Assembly: GCF_009914755.1 (NCBI RefSeq)
Contig: NC_060925.1
Length of the DNA stretch: 64,000 nt
Strand: one strand, 5' to 3'
DNA from: the human T2T-CHM13v2.0 reference genome, Homo sapiens
In this document: positions 24,615 through 37,565 of the stretch, in pieces
Numbering within the stretch: position 1 is the stretch's first letter
How the letters are laid out: every line of letters begins with the position of its first letter
The notes under the pieces: generated by a model
What the model saw: the letters and a program-made list of their open reading frames with translations, nothing else
The model's database searches: none
Told to the model about the DNA's origin: nothing
Translations under genes and position numbers: made by a program

Positions 24615-26143
24615 CGGGCTGGGCAGCCGGGGGCCGGTGGCCAGAGCAAGGGCACCAGCCACGAAGGACGGAGGCGGGCGGGGCCCCGGAGAACCCTGTC
24701 CCTGCGTGTGGCCACTCCTCAGCATCCTCCCCACCCACCATGGTTCATTCCGACTTTTCCAATGGAAACTCAGATCCCAAAAGTCCCTAAAGCAGTCGTA
24801 GAGTCTCACCATCTCCAAGGATTGGTCTTGAGAACACTGTTCAGTGACGGCCATGCAGGTGGCCGTCCAAAGACAGCCAACGGAGCTGCCTCGCAGAATC
24901 AGCCAGTGGGCAGGTGGACGCTCTGCTGAGACAGAAGCTGGTGGCCACTGCCGGGTGCCCGCGTGGGGTCGCGGAAGGGAATGGATAGACTGGTGTGCTC
25001 AAAAGAGAGAGATCACTCAAATGATTTTTATAATGAAATGACAAGAATAACCCTTTTGGTAACCGTATTGACTGCAGAGTCTATTTAAGCATGTGGTTTT
25101 AAAAATAGACAGTATTTTTTAAAAATCAAAAAATGACTTGCAAATTGTTTTTTAAAAGTAATTTTGCATTGCTTTGAAATTTGAGCTCATTTGCAAACCC
25201 GAGTCTGCCTGGGAACCCGCACTGTGCCTGGGTGTATTCTTTATACTGTAGATAATGGAGAAATTTTCTATCTCTGTCCCTATTTGTATAAGCCAAGGTG
25301 ATGCTGGGTGCCCCGAGGCAGAACAAGAGGCGCGGGGCCACACCCGTGAACCATGCAGACGGCCGAAGAAGTCTTAGGCAGGGCGCCCTGGGCTGCAGGC
25401 CTGCCCGAGGCTGGGATGGGAAGTGTGCCTGCCCTCGTGTGACATGGAATTGGTGTCAGGACCGCCACGTGGCCTTCAGAGGAATCCACAGGTCCCCACC
25501 CAAGATCCCTCAATTATATGGGGAAGTCGAGGGCCTGTGGCTTGGATCCGCCATGCAGAGATGTGGCCGGGCACCCATCTTCCTTCCCTCCTCTGTCCCT
25601 GCCTCGGCCACCCCACGCGGGAACCCAGCGCCGTCCTCTGAAGGCAGGGCCTTGGCCACGTCCTGGGTCTCCCACCTCCCACCTGACCCCAGCGGCTCCG
25701 GTGTCCTCCACGTGGCTGCCCTGGGGAGCAATCCCAGCGGATCGCTCCGGGCCACCAAGCCGCACCTGTGCCTGAGACTCCGGATGGACGACACAGTCGT
25801 CACGTCGCTCTTCCTGCGGGTTCTTGGCGAGACACAGCTTGAGAACAGAAGGGCGTCGGGGGAACCTGCCGCAAGGAGCAGAGACAGCACAGCCCCCCGG
25901 GCCCAGCCGCCTCCCTCTCTTGGGACGCAACTTCTTCCCCACTCGGATGGGCTTTAAATTATTCCCATAGGGGCCAATTTCAAATAATAATTTTTTTCCC
26001 TGATGGAATTTACCTTAATCTGTATATAACTTGTAATTTTTTCTAATTCATTTCTTTTCTTATTTTATTTCCTCCTTAACAGTATTTTTGGCATTAGACA
26101 TTCTTATTGTGAAGAAATAATGTTAATATAAGTATCTGGTGAA

Positions 26144-26151
26144 GGACCAAA
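26144..26151 (+). promoter_or_regulatory. miR-133 8mer seed site
   Basis: GGACCAAA complementary to miR-133a/b seed; miR-133 repression of Prdm16 is established. Confidence 0.85.
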
Positions 26152-26454
26152 ACCGTGTGATAAGGTTGTGTGTCGTGTGGGAGTGGGGCGATTTTTTATG
26201 TGCCAAATACCCCCGTCCCCCCCATGAATCCTGCTGTCCCTGCTGCCGTTTACCAGACAATCATATGTTTTTGTTAAATTTGCGTTTCAGTTACATTTGC
26301 ATTTAAGACAAGTGTTCTATTTATTTCTTGTATTGTTTGGAAGAAAAAATGATGATAGAGTCCCAAAAAGAAGAGAAAAAAAATGCCCAAGTTGCCCTTT
26401 AAAAAAAAAGAGCGTAAATACAAACAGGAGTGGTGCAAGCCGCCTTGGTGTGGG

Positions 26455-26515
26455 TTTGTGTCACGCGTGGACATCTCCTCAGGCTTTGTGTCACGCGTGG
26501 ACATCTCCTCAGGCT
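26455..26515. repeat. 30-bp perfect tandem duplication in 3'UTR
   Basis: tttgtgtcacgcgtggacatctcctcaggc x2. Confidence 0.95.
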
Positions 26516-29400
26516 GTCCCCAGCGGTGACGGGAGGTGTCCTGGCTGCTCCAGGACAAAAGACAATCGTCTCTGTGGGTGCCGGGCGGTCCAGGCTTGCA
26601 CTGAAGACGTGCCACGGGGAGGCTCCTGCAGGAGGCTCAACCCGACGGATCACAGTGAAAGGGATTCCTCCCACGCCAGATCTGCACAACGAGGCAAGAC
26701 AGGACCCACCTGTGCGTGCGCTGGGGCCATGGGGTGGCCCCCCCGGGGCAGCGGGGGAGCTGCCTGCAGAAGAGCCAGCCGGCGTGTCGGGAAGGATCCA
26801 GGATCTGCAAACACAACCGCTCAGGCCTTCTCACGCGTTTCCACAACATCCCCTGGGTCAGACCCACCAGGTACCCCGTAGGAATTTCCAGTTTCCCTTG
26901 ATCTAGATGGGATTCTTATAAAAATTCAACCTCAGACATAAACACCCCATTTCTGTAAACCCAAATTATATGGTTTCTTCTGCGAAAGAGTAAGGTGTGT
27001 GCTTTTTTTTTTTGCAATATGGCCCCGTCTCTCTGAAGTGGGACATTCGGACGGATGGAGCCCTCAGCGTGTCTTTTCAGCAGGAGCAGAACCGATGAGA
27101 GCCGCCCTTCCCGTTGGTCTCCGGATCCCCCAGTCCCATCCCGCCGTTTTCGGCTGTCTTCCTAACCGTCCTGTCTTCTCTTGGCGCTCTTTCCTTCCAC
27201 CTTTCCCAAGAGTCCTGGTTGCACGTTTTAAGTCATATATTTTCGTCCCCCTGAAAATGATGGCAAGCCCAGTTTCTCCTGAGCATTCAGACCCCCAGGC
27301 CCCAGCACTTGGCGTTTTCAGGAGGCCCTGTTCTTAGAGCCCCTGACAAAGGCAGCACTTATTTCCTGGGCTGGTGCGCCCCAAAACACGGCCCCGACAC
27401 TTAGTGTGGCCCCAGGCCCCAGCGAGCCTCGCCCTCCCAGTTTTGCTCTGCCCAGCAGTGTTGGTGCCCAGAGATGACAAGGGCCAGGGAGCCTGGCCCG
27501 GGTGTGAGAATTCAGAGATTCTGGCCTCCAGCTGTCACCACACCGTAACGGGGCCATGTAACTGTGCAGCATGGACAGGGATGCGACGGGGCAGCTGGCT
27601 GTGTCCATGGCCAGGTGGCCAGGGTCAGGGCTGCAAGCCAGGGGTCCAGGGCCCTTCCGTTCAGCCCAAATGCTGCCCCAATGCTAACTCCTTGGATTGT
27701 CAACCCCCATCCCCCAAATGGAAATTCCGAAGGAGGCCTCCTCGCACCTGCCCTCCGCTGCTCCTCAGACCCCAGCCCCCAGCGAGCCGACGTCCCCACC
27801 CGTTCCTGCTCTCATCCCCAGGTTGGGCACGTGGGGTTCCTCCTCTGTGGGCCTGGCAGACCCTTCATGAGTGGGACCCAAGATATCACTGACTTCAACC
27901 CAGAGGATCGAGCCCCTGCACCCTGCCTGGGGCCCTGGGGTGTGGAGCAGTGGCTGGGGTGGGCGTGGTGTGGCCTGAGAGACTGCCCAGCTGGAGAGGC
28001 CTTCCTTTACAAGGCCACGCGTGCAGCTGTCCCATCCAGACCCCGACTGGCCAAGACCTCCACGTCCCCAGAGTCCAGCCCTGGAAATTCCAAGGGCCCT
28101 GGCGTCCTCTGCCTTCCCCGCTTCCCCGTGAGCGTCTGCAAAACACTTGCCTGAATACATATCACGTATTTTAGACTCGAAGCCTCGAAGCACTGGATTG
28201 TGGTCCCCTGCCCCCTCTGTCCCGTCCCCCTGCCCAAGTGACTGAAACCTACTGAGCTATATTCACTGTGCTGTCCTAGGGGGAGGGAGAGCAGAGCTCG
28301 CCCCTGCACTGCAGCCTTGTGGGGGAGGGCAAGGCTCTCCTCCCAGCCAGGGACGCCAGGACATAGCTGCTCCTGGTCAGTGGAGGTCAGCCGGGTATCA
28401 AAAGCCATGAAACTGTGTCTCTGTAGCAATGAGTGATACTGTGACAAAACCATCCTTGCATTCTTCCTAGAAGAGTTCCTCTGCTCCTTCCATTCCATTT
28501 TTGTGTTTGTTTTGTTCTTTTCTGTCACTGATCCGTATTACCACTTTTGGAAAAAAATAAATAAATAAATAAATAAAAGGCAGCTTGAGTTTCCAAACGT
28601 GTGATTCACTTGTGAACAAAAGTCATTCTAACAATTGCCTTCAGCGTCACGTGCATTGCCACTGCGCTTTCGGCACGAGGGATGCTGAGCCCTGGTGTCA
28701 GAGTCGTAATTTAAAGCGTGTGTGTATATGGACTTTGTCCCTTAAGGTCGATATAAAGAATCCTCGCAGAATCACAGACCTGTGCCGCCCGCCACCTTCT
28801 GCCATTGTTACATTACAGATTTGGTTTAGTTTCGTTTTGTTTTGTTTTTTCTCTTAGAACTGTATAGTATTGAAAAAGAAATCAAATGTAAATGTCTGGT
28901 TTTCATATAATGTTTAAAAAGACCATTGAGAAGGAGGCTGGCGCTCGCCCCATGTCCCCCTTGATTGTAAATTGCTTCTGTTCTGTTTATAAGTAAACTG
29001 TGCATGACTCCTGCTTAGCGGTCATTATCGTGTCTGTTGGTGAAATTTTTATTAAAAGGAAAATTCTGTAGATGCACTTATTGAATATGTGATTAGGATC
29101 TACGTCTGAGACTAGGAGTCCTGAACTGCTGACGCGAAAGAGGCGCAGTTCCCAATTAATACGGAAATCGCTGTGGGAGAAGAATGAAATAAGACGTGAA
29201 GTGTAGGAAATCATGAAAAGAACAATTTTGCAAATTGCATTCTGATGCTTGTGATGAACACAAATGTACTTGTGTAGAGACATTTCCTTAAGAGAAAGCC
29301 TAGGAGAAGCCGATTTGGAGGTTAATGCTGTAGAATAGGACTGTATACCAAATGTAATCTTTCCAATGCTCCAATGAATTTATACATGAGATTGATATGC

Positions 29401-29406
29401 AATAAA
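29401..29406 (+). terminator. PRDM16: Distal polyadenylation signal of PRDM16
   Basis: AATAAA preceded by several TGTA (CFIm) motifs in 29265-29356; AU-rich sequence ends abruptly afterwards. Confidence 0.85.
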
Positions 29407-29861
29407 TCTGTGTGCTTTTCTAAGCCTCGGTGCCCGCGAGCTTCATTGAGGGAGAGGCCCCAGGCCTGTGGAAGGGAGAGGAGGAGCAAGCCAGGGCTCG
29501 GCCGAGGTCCAGGCTCCCTGGCTTTGACTGAGGAGTCCCGGGGCCAGGCCCTGATGCCCTTGGAGCTTTGTTCCCTCCACCCTCCGGGGCAGACTCCTGG
29601 CTATTCCCATTTTCCAGAAAAGAATAAGCTCAGGAAGGCATCAACTCCCTGGATGGCCCCAGAGCGAGCACAGTGACCTCCAGGTGTGTCCCTCTGCCAA
29701 GCATGACAGCCTCCAGATGCAGCAGCCTCCAGGCATGTCCCCCAACTGTGCCTGCCTCCAGGTACACAGGACCCAGGGCCCACCCCACAGGCCTTGCCCC
29801 AAGGCTTCCTGGGGATGCAGCATTCCCTGTTGGAGGTGCTGGGGGAACCCGTCTTCCATGC

Positions 29862-30379
29862 CAGCAGTCCCCACGCTTTTTAGCACCAGGGACTGGTTTC
29901 GTGGCAGACAGTTTTTCCAAAGACCAGGGGATGGATGGTTTGGGGCTGATTCAAATGCATTACATATATCGTCCACTTTATTTCCATTATTATTACATTA
30001 GAGTATATAATGAAATAATTCTACAACTCACCATAGTGTACAATCCGTGGGAGTCCTGAGCTTGTTTTCCTGCAACTAGGCCTTCCCATCTAAGGGTGAT
30101 GGGAGACAGTGACAGATCATCAGGCATTAGATGCTCACAAGGAGCGTGCAGCCTCGATCCCTCGCACTCGCAGTTCACAATAGGGTTCCCGCCCCCATGA
30201 GAATCTCACGCCGCCACTGATCTGATGGGAGGTGGAGTGCAGACGGTGATGCAGACGATGGGGCGTGGCTGTAAACACAGAGGAAGCTGGGTTCCGCTGC
30301 GCCCCCCATGCTGTGTGGCCCGGTTCCTAACAGGCCAAGAACTGGTCCTGGCCCATGGCCTGGGGTCTGGGGGCCTCTG
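29862..30379 (-). mobile_element. MER1A-like hAT-Charlie DNA transposon
   Basis: cagcagtcccc...tttagcaccagggactggtttcgtgg at one end, tgtggcccggttcctaacaggcc...gggggcctctg at the other; ~520 bp. Confidence 0.85.
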
Positions 30380-33300
30380 TTCTAGGCCAGTCCTCAACCC
30401 ACCCCTTCCTAAGGGTGGCCCTCCCCATGTCAGCCTCCCTGAAGTCTGTGTCCACCAGCACCTCACATGGCCTGATGCTGCCCTGACAAGGGACAGCCAC
30501 AGGGGTGGGATAGGGGGTGAGCTAGAGGCCCCGGGGCTGGAGCAGACCCAGTCCCCTCAGGGGCTTCTCTTGTCTACCCCCAGACTGCCCCTGGGATTCC
30601 TTCCTGGGGCCCTCCTGCCTCTGGGAGAGGCTCCATTCCCCTCCCCTGATTCTGCTCTGACCCAGAAGCCTAGGGGGCGTAAACCTCAAAGGGGAATGTC
30701 CAGCCAGACCGAGCCCAGCCTCCCCAACCAGGACTGCCCCAAACCGTCTCACCCACGTAGGCCCCCACTGGCTCCCTGCTGACACAGAGTTTAACTGATG
30801 TCACCCAGGTGACCTGGCCTCCCACCCCCACCCCTACCCAGGGCCTCTGAATGTCTCCTGGGCTCCCTCCCGCCCACCCCTCCCAGTGGGCCGGGCCTCT
30901 GGAGCTGTGCCCCTCCACCTCTCCCCTCCCTTACCCCCGAGTGCCTGGAACACAGGCCTGGCTGGGGTTCCAGGGAGGTGGGCAGTTATTACCCACACGC
31001 GGTCGACAGCCTCGCTTTGGAGTCAACACTGCGGGCCTTCGACCGTCTCCCAGCAGCATCTTCTTCCGAGGACCCCTGTTTGAGAGTGGCCCAGGCTGAT
31101 TATAAAACTGATCTTTATGATGCCTGACACCTGCTCACATCAGCCACCACCACAGCTACCGCCTTGGCCATGCCTATGGGAACCTCTCACCTACCTGAGC
31201 CCTCACGGACCCTCCTGCCCGCAGCCTCCCCTCCCCACTCCCTGAAGCTCCCCACCCCTGACCCCTTCGTGCCACCCTCCTCAGCCACTCCAGCCCCCAG
31301 GGGGCAGCCCCGAACTCCCAGGACCTACACCACCAGCAACAGATCCTCCCCACCTGCCAGACCACATGGGAGGGGGCAGGGCAGCGCCTCTTCCACACGC
31401 CAAGAGCCCTGGGCTGCCTGTCTGACACCCCCGTATCTATCCCTTCGCATTTGTGTAAGGAGAGGCAGCTGTAGGCAGCTTTTTTACAGGCAGGGAAATA
31501 TCTCACCTTCCTCCAGCACAGCTGAAGTGCTCAGCGATTCTAAGCCTCCTCGTAGACCGGCATCTTCAGGCCCCAGGTCACGCAGGGGACCCCTTAGCCT
31601 CCATCCACTGAGTCCAAAAATACCACATGCACTGGATTTGGGGCTGTGAGGACTCCTGGGGGCTCCCTGATTCACCTCTCAGTCCCCAAAGCCTGGCTTG
31701 GGGCCCATGCTTGGGAGAAGGCTGCCTGCATGAATGAATGAAGGGATGAGTGAATCGGTCACTTGCTGTGAGGGCCATTACCCAGCAGGGATTCTGGGAT
31801 CACCAGGGCCTCCCAAGTCCACCAAGGGGCCAGAGCAGGCTCTAATTGTAGGTAAATGGAAGCCGGGGGGCTGAGGTCCTCAACGGCAGCTCCTGGTGCA
31901 GCCAAATGGGCCCACGCAGAGGCTGATCTCGGAACAAGATCCCAGACCCGAGTCTGGGGTGTTGAGCATTTTTATGTTCTTATCACCACCACATGAAGTG
32001 TTTACACATTGCCGGACTAGCGGGGGCAATGCGCTGCAATATTCCAAGGTTCCTTCCCTTCCCGATGTGATTGACGAAGCGTCGGTGAGATCTTAAGCCC
32101 CCTCAGTCAGACGTGGGCTTGGCCCCGGGAGCCTGAGGCCCAGAGACAGCTTGAAAGGCTTCTCTCTGGGAAACATGTTTCCGCTCTCAGAGGACAAATT
32201 ATGTGGATCACAGAACTGATGGATGGCCCTGCTCCCAAAAGTCACTCACAGCAATCGAATGACAGTACCCAACCGCCCCATAATGGCCCTTGCCTGGAGC
32301 TGGCCACGCTGGGGCTCCAGGCGAGTGAAAACCCTTCCCATCTTTGTTCAGCCTGGCAAACTTTCTCCTCATTAGCCCTGGAGGGGAGAGGAAAAATCTA
32401 TGGAATAAGGGAGCTATCTGATAATGGCCCTATTGTCAGGGCGACCCCAGAGGGAAAGAGAACAGAGACTCACAGAATATTGCTGACAAGTGGACTTTGT
32501 CTTCCTGCGGCCGGTTCCTCGCATAAAAGACGGAGGAAAAAGGCTCCATTTTGGAAACAGGGAAAAATCAACAGGAGAAAAAAAATGTGTCAATGAGGAA
32601 TCTGTTTTCTGGGAAAAGAGATGCTTTTTAATTCCCCTTCAGATTCATTTTGGGCCAAGTGAGCTTGTCAGTTATTTGCAGAGAAGCTATTTTGAGAAGC
32701 ATTAACCTTAATTCTCATGGCAGCAAAAGTCTTCCAAAAATCAAAACGTGTCCTCATTTGGGGTAAAATGGCCAGAGCGAGGGTGGCTTTTGTGCAGACA
32801 GAGGTGCCCAGAGAAAGGTGTCCCACAGCATAAGTTGCTCAAGGGGGACTCTGGGACAGAGGCAGCCACCAGCCCCGAGCCTGCCTGCCATCCCTGCTGG
32901 TGGAAGGGGTCCGGGCTCTCCACGGCGGGACAATGTCTCCCACAAGCCTTGGTCCTCATTCAGGACAGGGAAGGCAGATGGAATTCACTCCCCCAGTTCC
33001 AGGGAATAAGAGAAAGAAATTCTGAGATGACAAGCAGTGGACCAGAGCCCGGGCATGACCTGAACCCCAAAGAGGCGCTGAGGTCCACCCAAGAACCGGA
33101 GGGAGGGAGCTGGCTCTTCCTCTGTCCCGCATTGGGGTATGTGGTCCTGGATTCCTGAGCCCATCAGGCCACCCAGAGGCTCCAGGAAGCCAGAGAGGCA
33201 GGACAGAGCAGGGTCCAGCTTTAAGACGCGGTGAACAGCAGGCACTCATCCCTGTAAGATCTGCACACCAGCGCCCATGGCAGCCTTGTCATCACAGCCC

Positions 33301-34003
33301 CAAGCCGGGAAGGGCCCGAACGTCCACCCATTGGTGCCTGCAGGAACTATGCAAAGGAACGAAGACTTCCCAAATGAGAACAGGCAGAGGCCGCTTACTC
33401 AGAGCTTGTTGTAGCTAGAGAGCCAGCCACCATTGCCTGCCTGGCAGAGCCTCCAAGGCAGGCGGGGGGGTGGGAAGCTCCGGAGTGGAGATGGGGAGGC
33501 TCCAGGCGAGCCCCAACGGAGGCTGTTGGCCTGGGGAGCTGGAGGTGGCTGACCAGAAGGAGGTGTCCTTTGGGATTAGGGAGGGGACCTGTGTAGAGGT
33601 GGAATATGAATTGAAGTGGGGACAAAACCTAGGGAAGCCGTCAGTTGCTAATCAAGTGTTGGCCATTTGGGGCTGGCTGCGGCAGACGTTAGTGCTTTTC
33701 ACTGCTGCAGACTGTGAGCCAGTGTTGTTGTTTTTTTTTAAATAAAATTTCATTATTAAAGCAGTTTTAGGTTCACAATAAAATTGATCAGAAGGTGCAG
33801 AGATGCCCCATGTGCTCCCAGTCCCCGCACGTACACAGCCTCCGCCATTGCCACCGTCCCCCATCTCAGCAGATGAGCCTGCATCCACACGTCCTCACCC
33901 ACAGTCCCCGTCGGGGCTCACTCTTCGTGTACATTCTATGGGTTTTGACCAACGTGGACACCACATCAGCGTCATACAGCTGGGCTTCACTGCCCCAAAA
34001 TTC

Positions 34004-34114
34004 CTCTGGGCTCTGCCTCTTCATCCCTGCCGTCCTGCAACTCTGGGCTCTGCCTCTTCATCCCTCCCGTCCTGCAACTCTGGGCTCTGCCTCTTCATCC
34101 CTCCCGTCCTGCAA
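34004..34114. repeat. 37-bp tandem repeat, 3 copies
   Basis: ctctgggctctgcctcttcatccct(g/c)ccgtcctgcaa x3. Confidence 0.93.
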
Positions 34115-34234
34115 CCCAGGCAATCCGACCTTCTTATTCCCCACGGTGTTGCCCTGGCCAGAATGTCATGTCGTTGGAATCACAGCGTGTAGCCCTTTCA
34201 GATTGGCCTCTTTCACTTAGAAATATCCATTTAA

Positions 34235-34570
<336 letters not shown>

Positions 34571-35119
34571 TGACCACTCATGTCTTTTAGCACTGAATGA
34601 TATTCCACTGTCTGGATGGACCACAGTTTATTTAACCTCTCACCTACTGAAGAACATTGTGCTAGCTTCCAAGTTTCGGAAGCCATGAATAAAGCCACTA
34701 TAAAGGTTTTTGTCTGGATATGTTTTCAACTCCTTTGGGTGAACAAGGACTGTGGTTTCTGTGTCATACGATGAAAGCGTGTTTACATTTGTAAGCAAAC
34801 ACCAAACCCTTCCAGAATAGCTGTACTGCTTTGCATTCCCATCAGTAACGAAGGAGGGTTCCTGCTGCTCCACATCCTTGCCAGCACTTGGCATCACCTG
34901 TGTTCTGGATTTAGGCCGTTCTAAGAGACGTGTAGCAGCATCGCAATGGGGCTTTAATTTGCAGCTCCCTAATGGTGCCATGTGGAGTGTCTCCCCACTG
35001 CTTCCTTGCCTTCTGCAGATCTCCTCTGTGAGGGGTGTGTTCAGGTAGCCACTTTCTTATTACTGAGTGTGTTCTGGTTCTGCACATGGTCCGGACTTTG
35101 GTCCATTTCACCTCTGAAA

Positions 35120-35490
35120 ACAGTGATCCATCCATTGGAAGGAAGACCGCTCAGCAATGATGGGACAGCCGCTGGAGCAGGCCTCAAAGCCACGTGGCTG
35201 AATCTCTAAGCCAGTGTGCCAGTGAAGGGAGCCACGTGCTGGATGGTTCTGTACAACTGACGTCTGGAAAAGGCAAAGCTACAGGATGGGGTGCAGATCC
35301 ACGTTGGGGGCGCAGACGCAGGGGACTGACTGCGATGGGCACGGCAAGACTTCTAGGGGTGACCGACGCGTCCTATATCACGACCGTGGTTACACAGGTA
35401 TACATTCATTAAAACTCACCTCGCTGTATATTTTAAAAGGATGATTTTATTGCACGTAAACTGTGCCTCGATTAACCTCATTTGTCAAAA
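35120..35490 (+). mobile_element. Old L1 3' end fragment, sense
   Basis: tggctgaatctc...tctggaaaaggcaaagctaca...tacattcattaaaactcac...gattttattgcacgtaaa. Confidence 0.55.
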
Positions 35491-36535
35491 ACTGTGTGTC
35501 CCACCCATCCCCACTTTAAGGCTGGGGTCTGTCATGGAGCTGCCGTTCCTGGAGGCCCTGGTGCAGCTGAAAGCAGCACTTTACACCCAGGCTCCCCGCC
35601 TTCCCGCGACCTACACTGCTAGGCTCACCCAGGCTCCCCCCGCCCCCAGACCTACACTTCTAGGCCAGCTGGCCACCCCACCCTTGGAGAGGCTCTTCCC
35701 CCACTAAAGCACAAGCTGACCAGCTGCAAGCCCAGTGGGTCCTCGTGACTGGGGGCATGGGGCGGGGTGGAAGGGTGGGTGGCAAGGAGCAGAAAGGGTC
35801 TGTGGCTTTGCTAAGGGCCAGTGCCGTGGGCTCCCAGCCTTGCCTGGCCCCAAGCCTTTGGCGTATGCCTACTTCCAGCCCCTCCCAGTCAGCACAGAGC
35901 TTCTGAGCAGATTTTCTGCTTGGTATCATTCACAGAGTTTAAAAACACACAGAGCAGCACTGTAGGCTTTGATGGTTACATATGCCCATAGCAAGGGAAC
36001 AAAAACGTGGTATGAGATGGATAAATACCAAATTCTGAGTTGTGGTTTCTTCTGGGAAGAAAGGGAGGTGGTGGGCTGGGGGCCGGCGGGAGTGAAGAGG
36101 TTTGGAGGGTGGGCTTCAATTTCATGTGCCGTTGTAGATGCTTCAGGGCCCTCTAAATCACATTCAGGTCGTCTGCAGAGTGACAGAGACAGAGAGAGGA
36201 GAGAGAGAACGAGACAGAGAGTCACTGTTACATCCTGTTTTACGTTTTGTTGCCTCACTGTGCAAGCCAGGCCAATGTTGAGTGGCAGTGCTCAGAGTGC
36301 ACTTACTTGCCAGGCTCAAGATCCCAAAGAGAAAGTCATCCATTCTCCAGCGTCAGGTCTGCTGTGAGCTATCGGGTGCCCTTTATGACACTGAGCAAGT
36401 GACCTTCCGATTCTACATCACTGAGATTTTTATTTTAATAGGCGTTGTTGGGTTGGAGTGAATGCTTTCTCTTCACCTGTTGAAAAGTTATATGATTTTT
36501 CTCCTTCACTCTGTTAATGTGGCAAATGACACTGA

Positions 36536-36820
<285 letters not shown>

Positions 36821-37243
36821 CCACTGACTGATTTTCAAATATTAAACCAACCTTGCATTCCTAAGATAAGCATCATTCGATCATGAGATGTTACTGATTA
36901 TATAATAGCTGGATTTGATTTAATATTTTATAAAATAATTCTGTACCTATATCCATGAGGAATATTAGTCTATAATTTTGTTTTCTGGTGACTTTTTAGT
37001 ATTGGTGTCGGGGCAATACTGGCCTCATGAAATGAGTTGAGAAATGTTTCTTCTTCTTCATGTTTCTGAAAGAGGTTATGCGAGATTGGTATTATTCCTT
37101 CCTTTTGATTGAATGTTTAACTGAATTCACCAGTGTTGTCACTAGGGCCTGGAGTATTCTTTGTGTAAAGGTTTTTTTGTTTGTTTGTTTTTTAATTAAG
37201 AATTCTTACCATAAGTTTAGGGATTAAAAAAATTTAAAAAACA

Positions 37244-37565
<322 letters not shown>

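Larger units (their letters stand above)
24615..29423 (+). other. PRDM16: PRDM16 3'UTR (~4.8 kb)
   Basis: Follows the stop codon; alternating AU-rich and GC-rich blocks, no recognisable interspersed repeats; ends ~17 nt after AATAAA 29401-29406 (cleavage site estimated). Confidence 0.85.

Noticed and set aside
20995-24790. Long ORFs 20995-21999 (334 aa) and 23609-24790 (393 aa) as novel genes
   Set aside because: GC-rich intronic frames running through exon 15 or the VNTR and exon 17; no recognisable domain or independent gene structure
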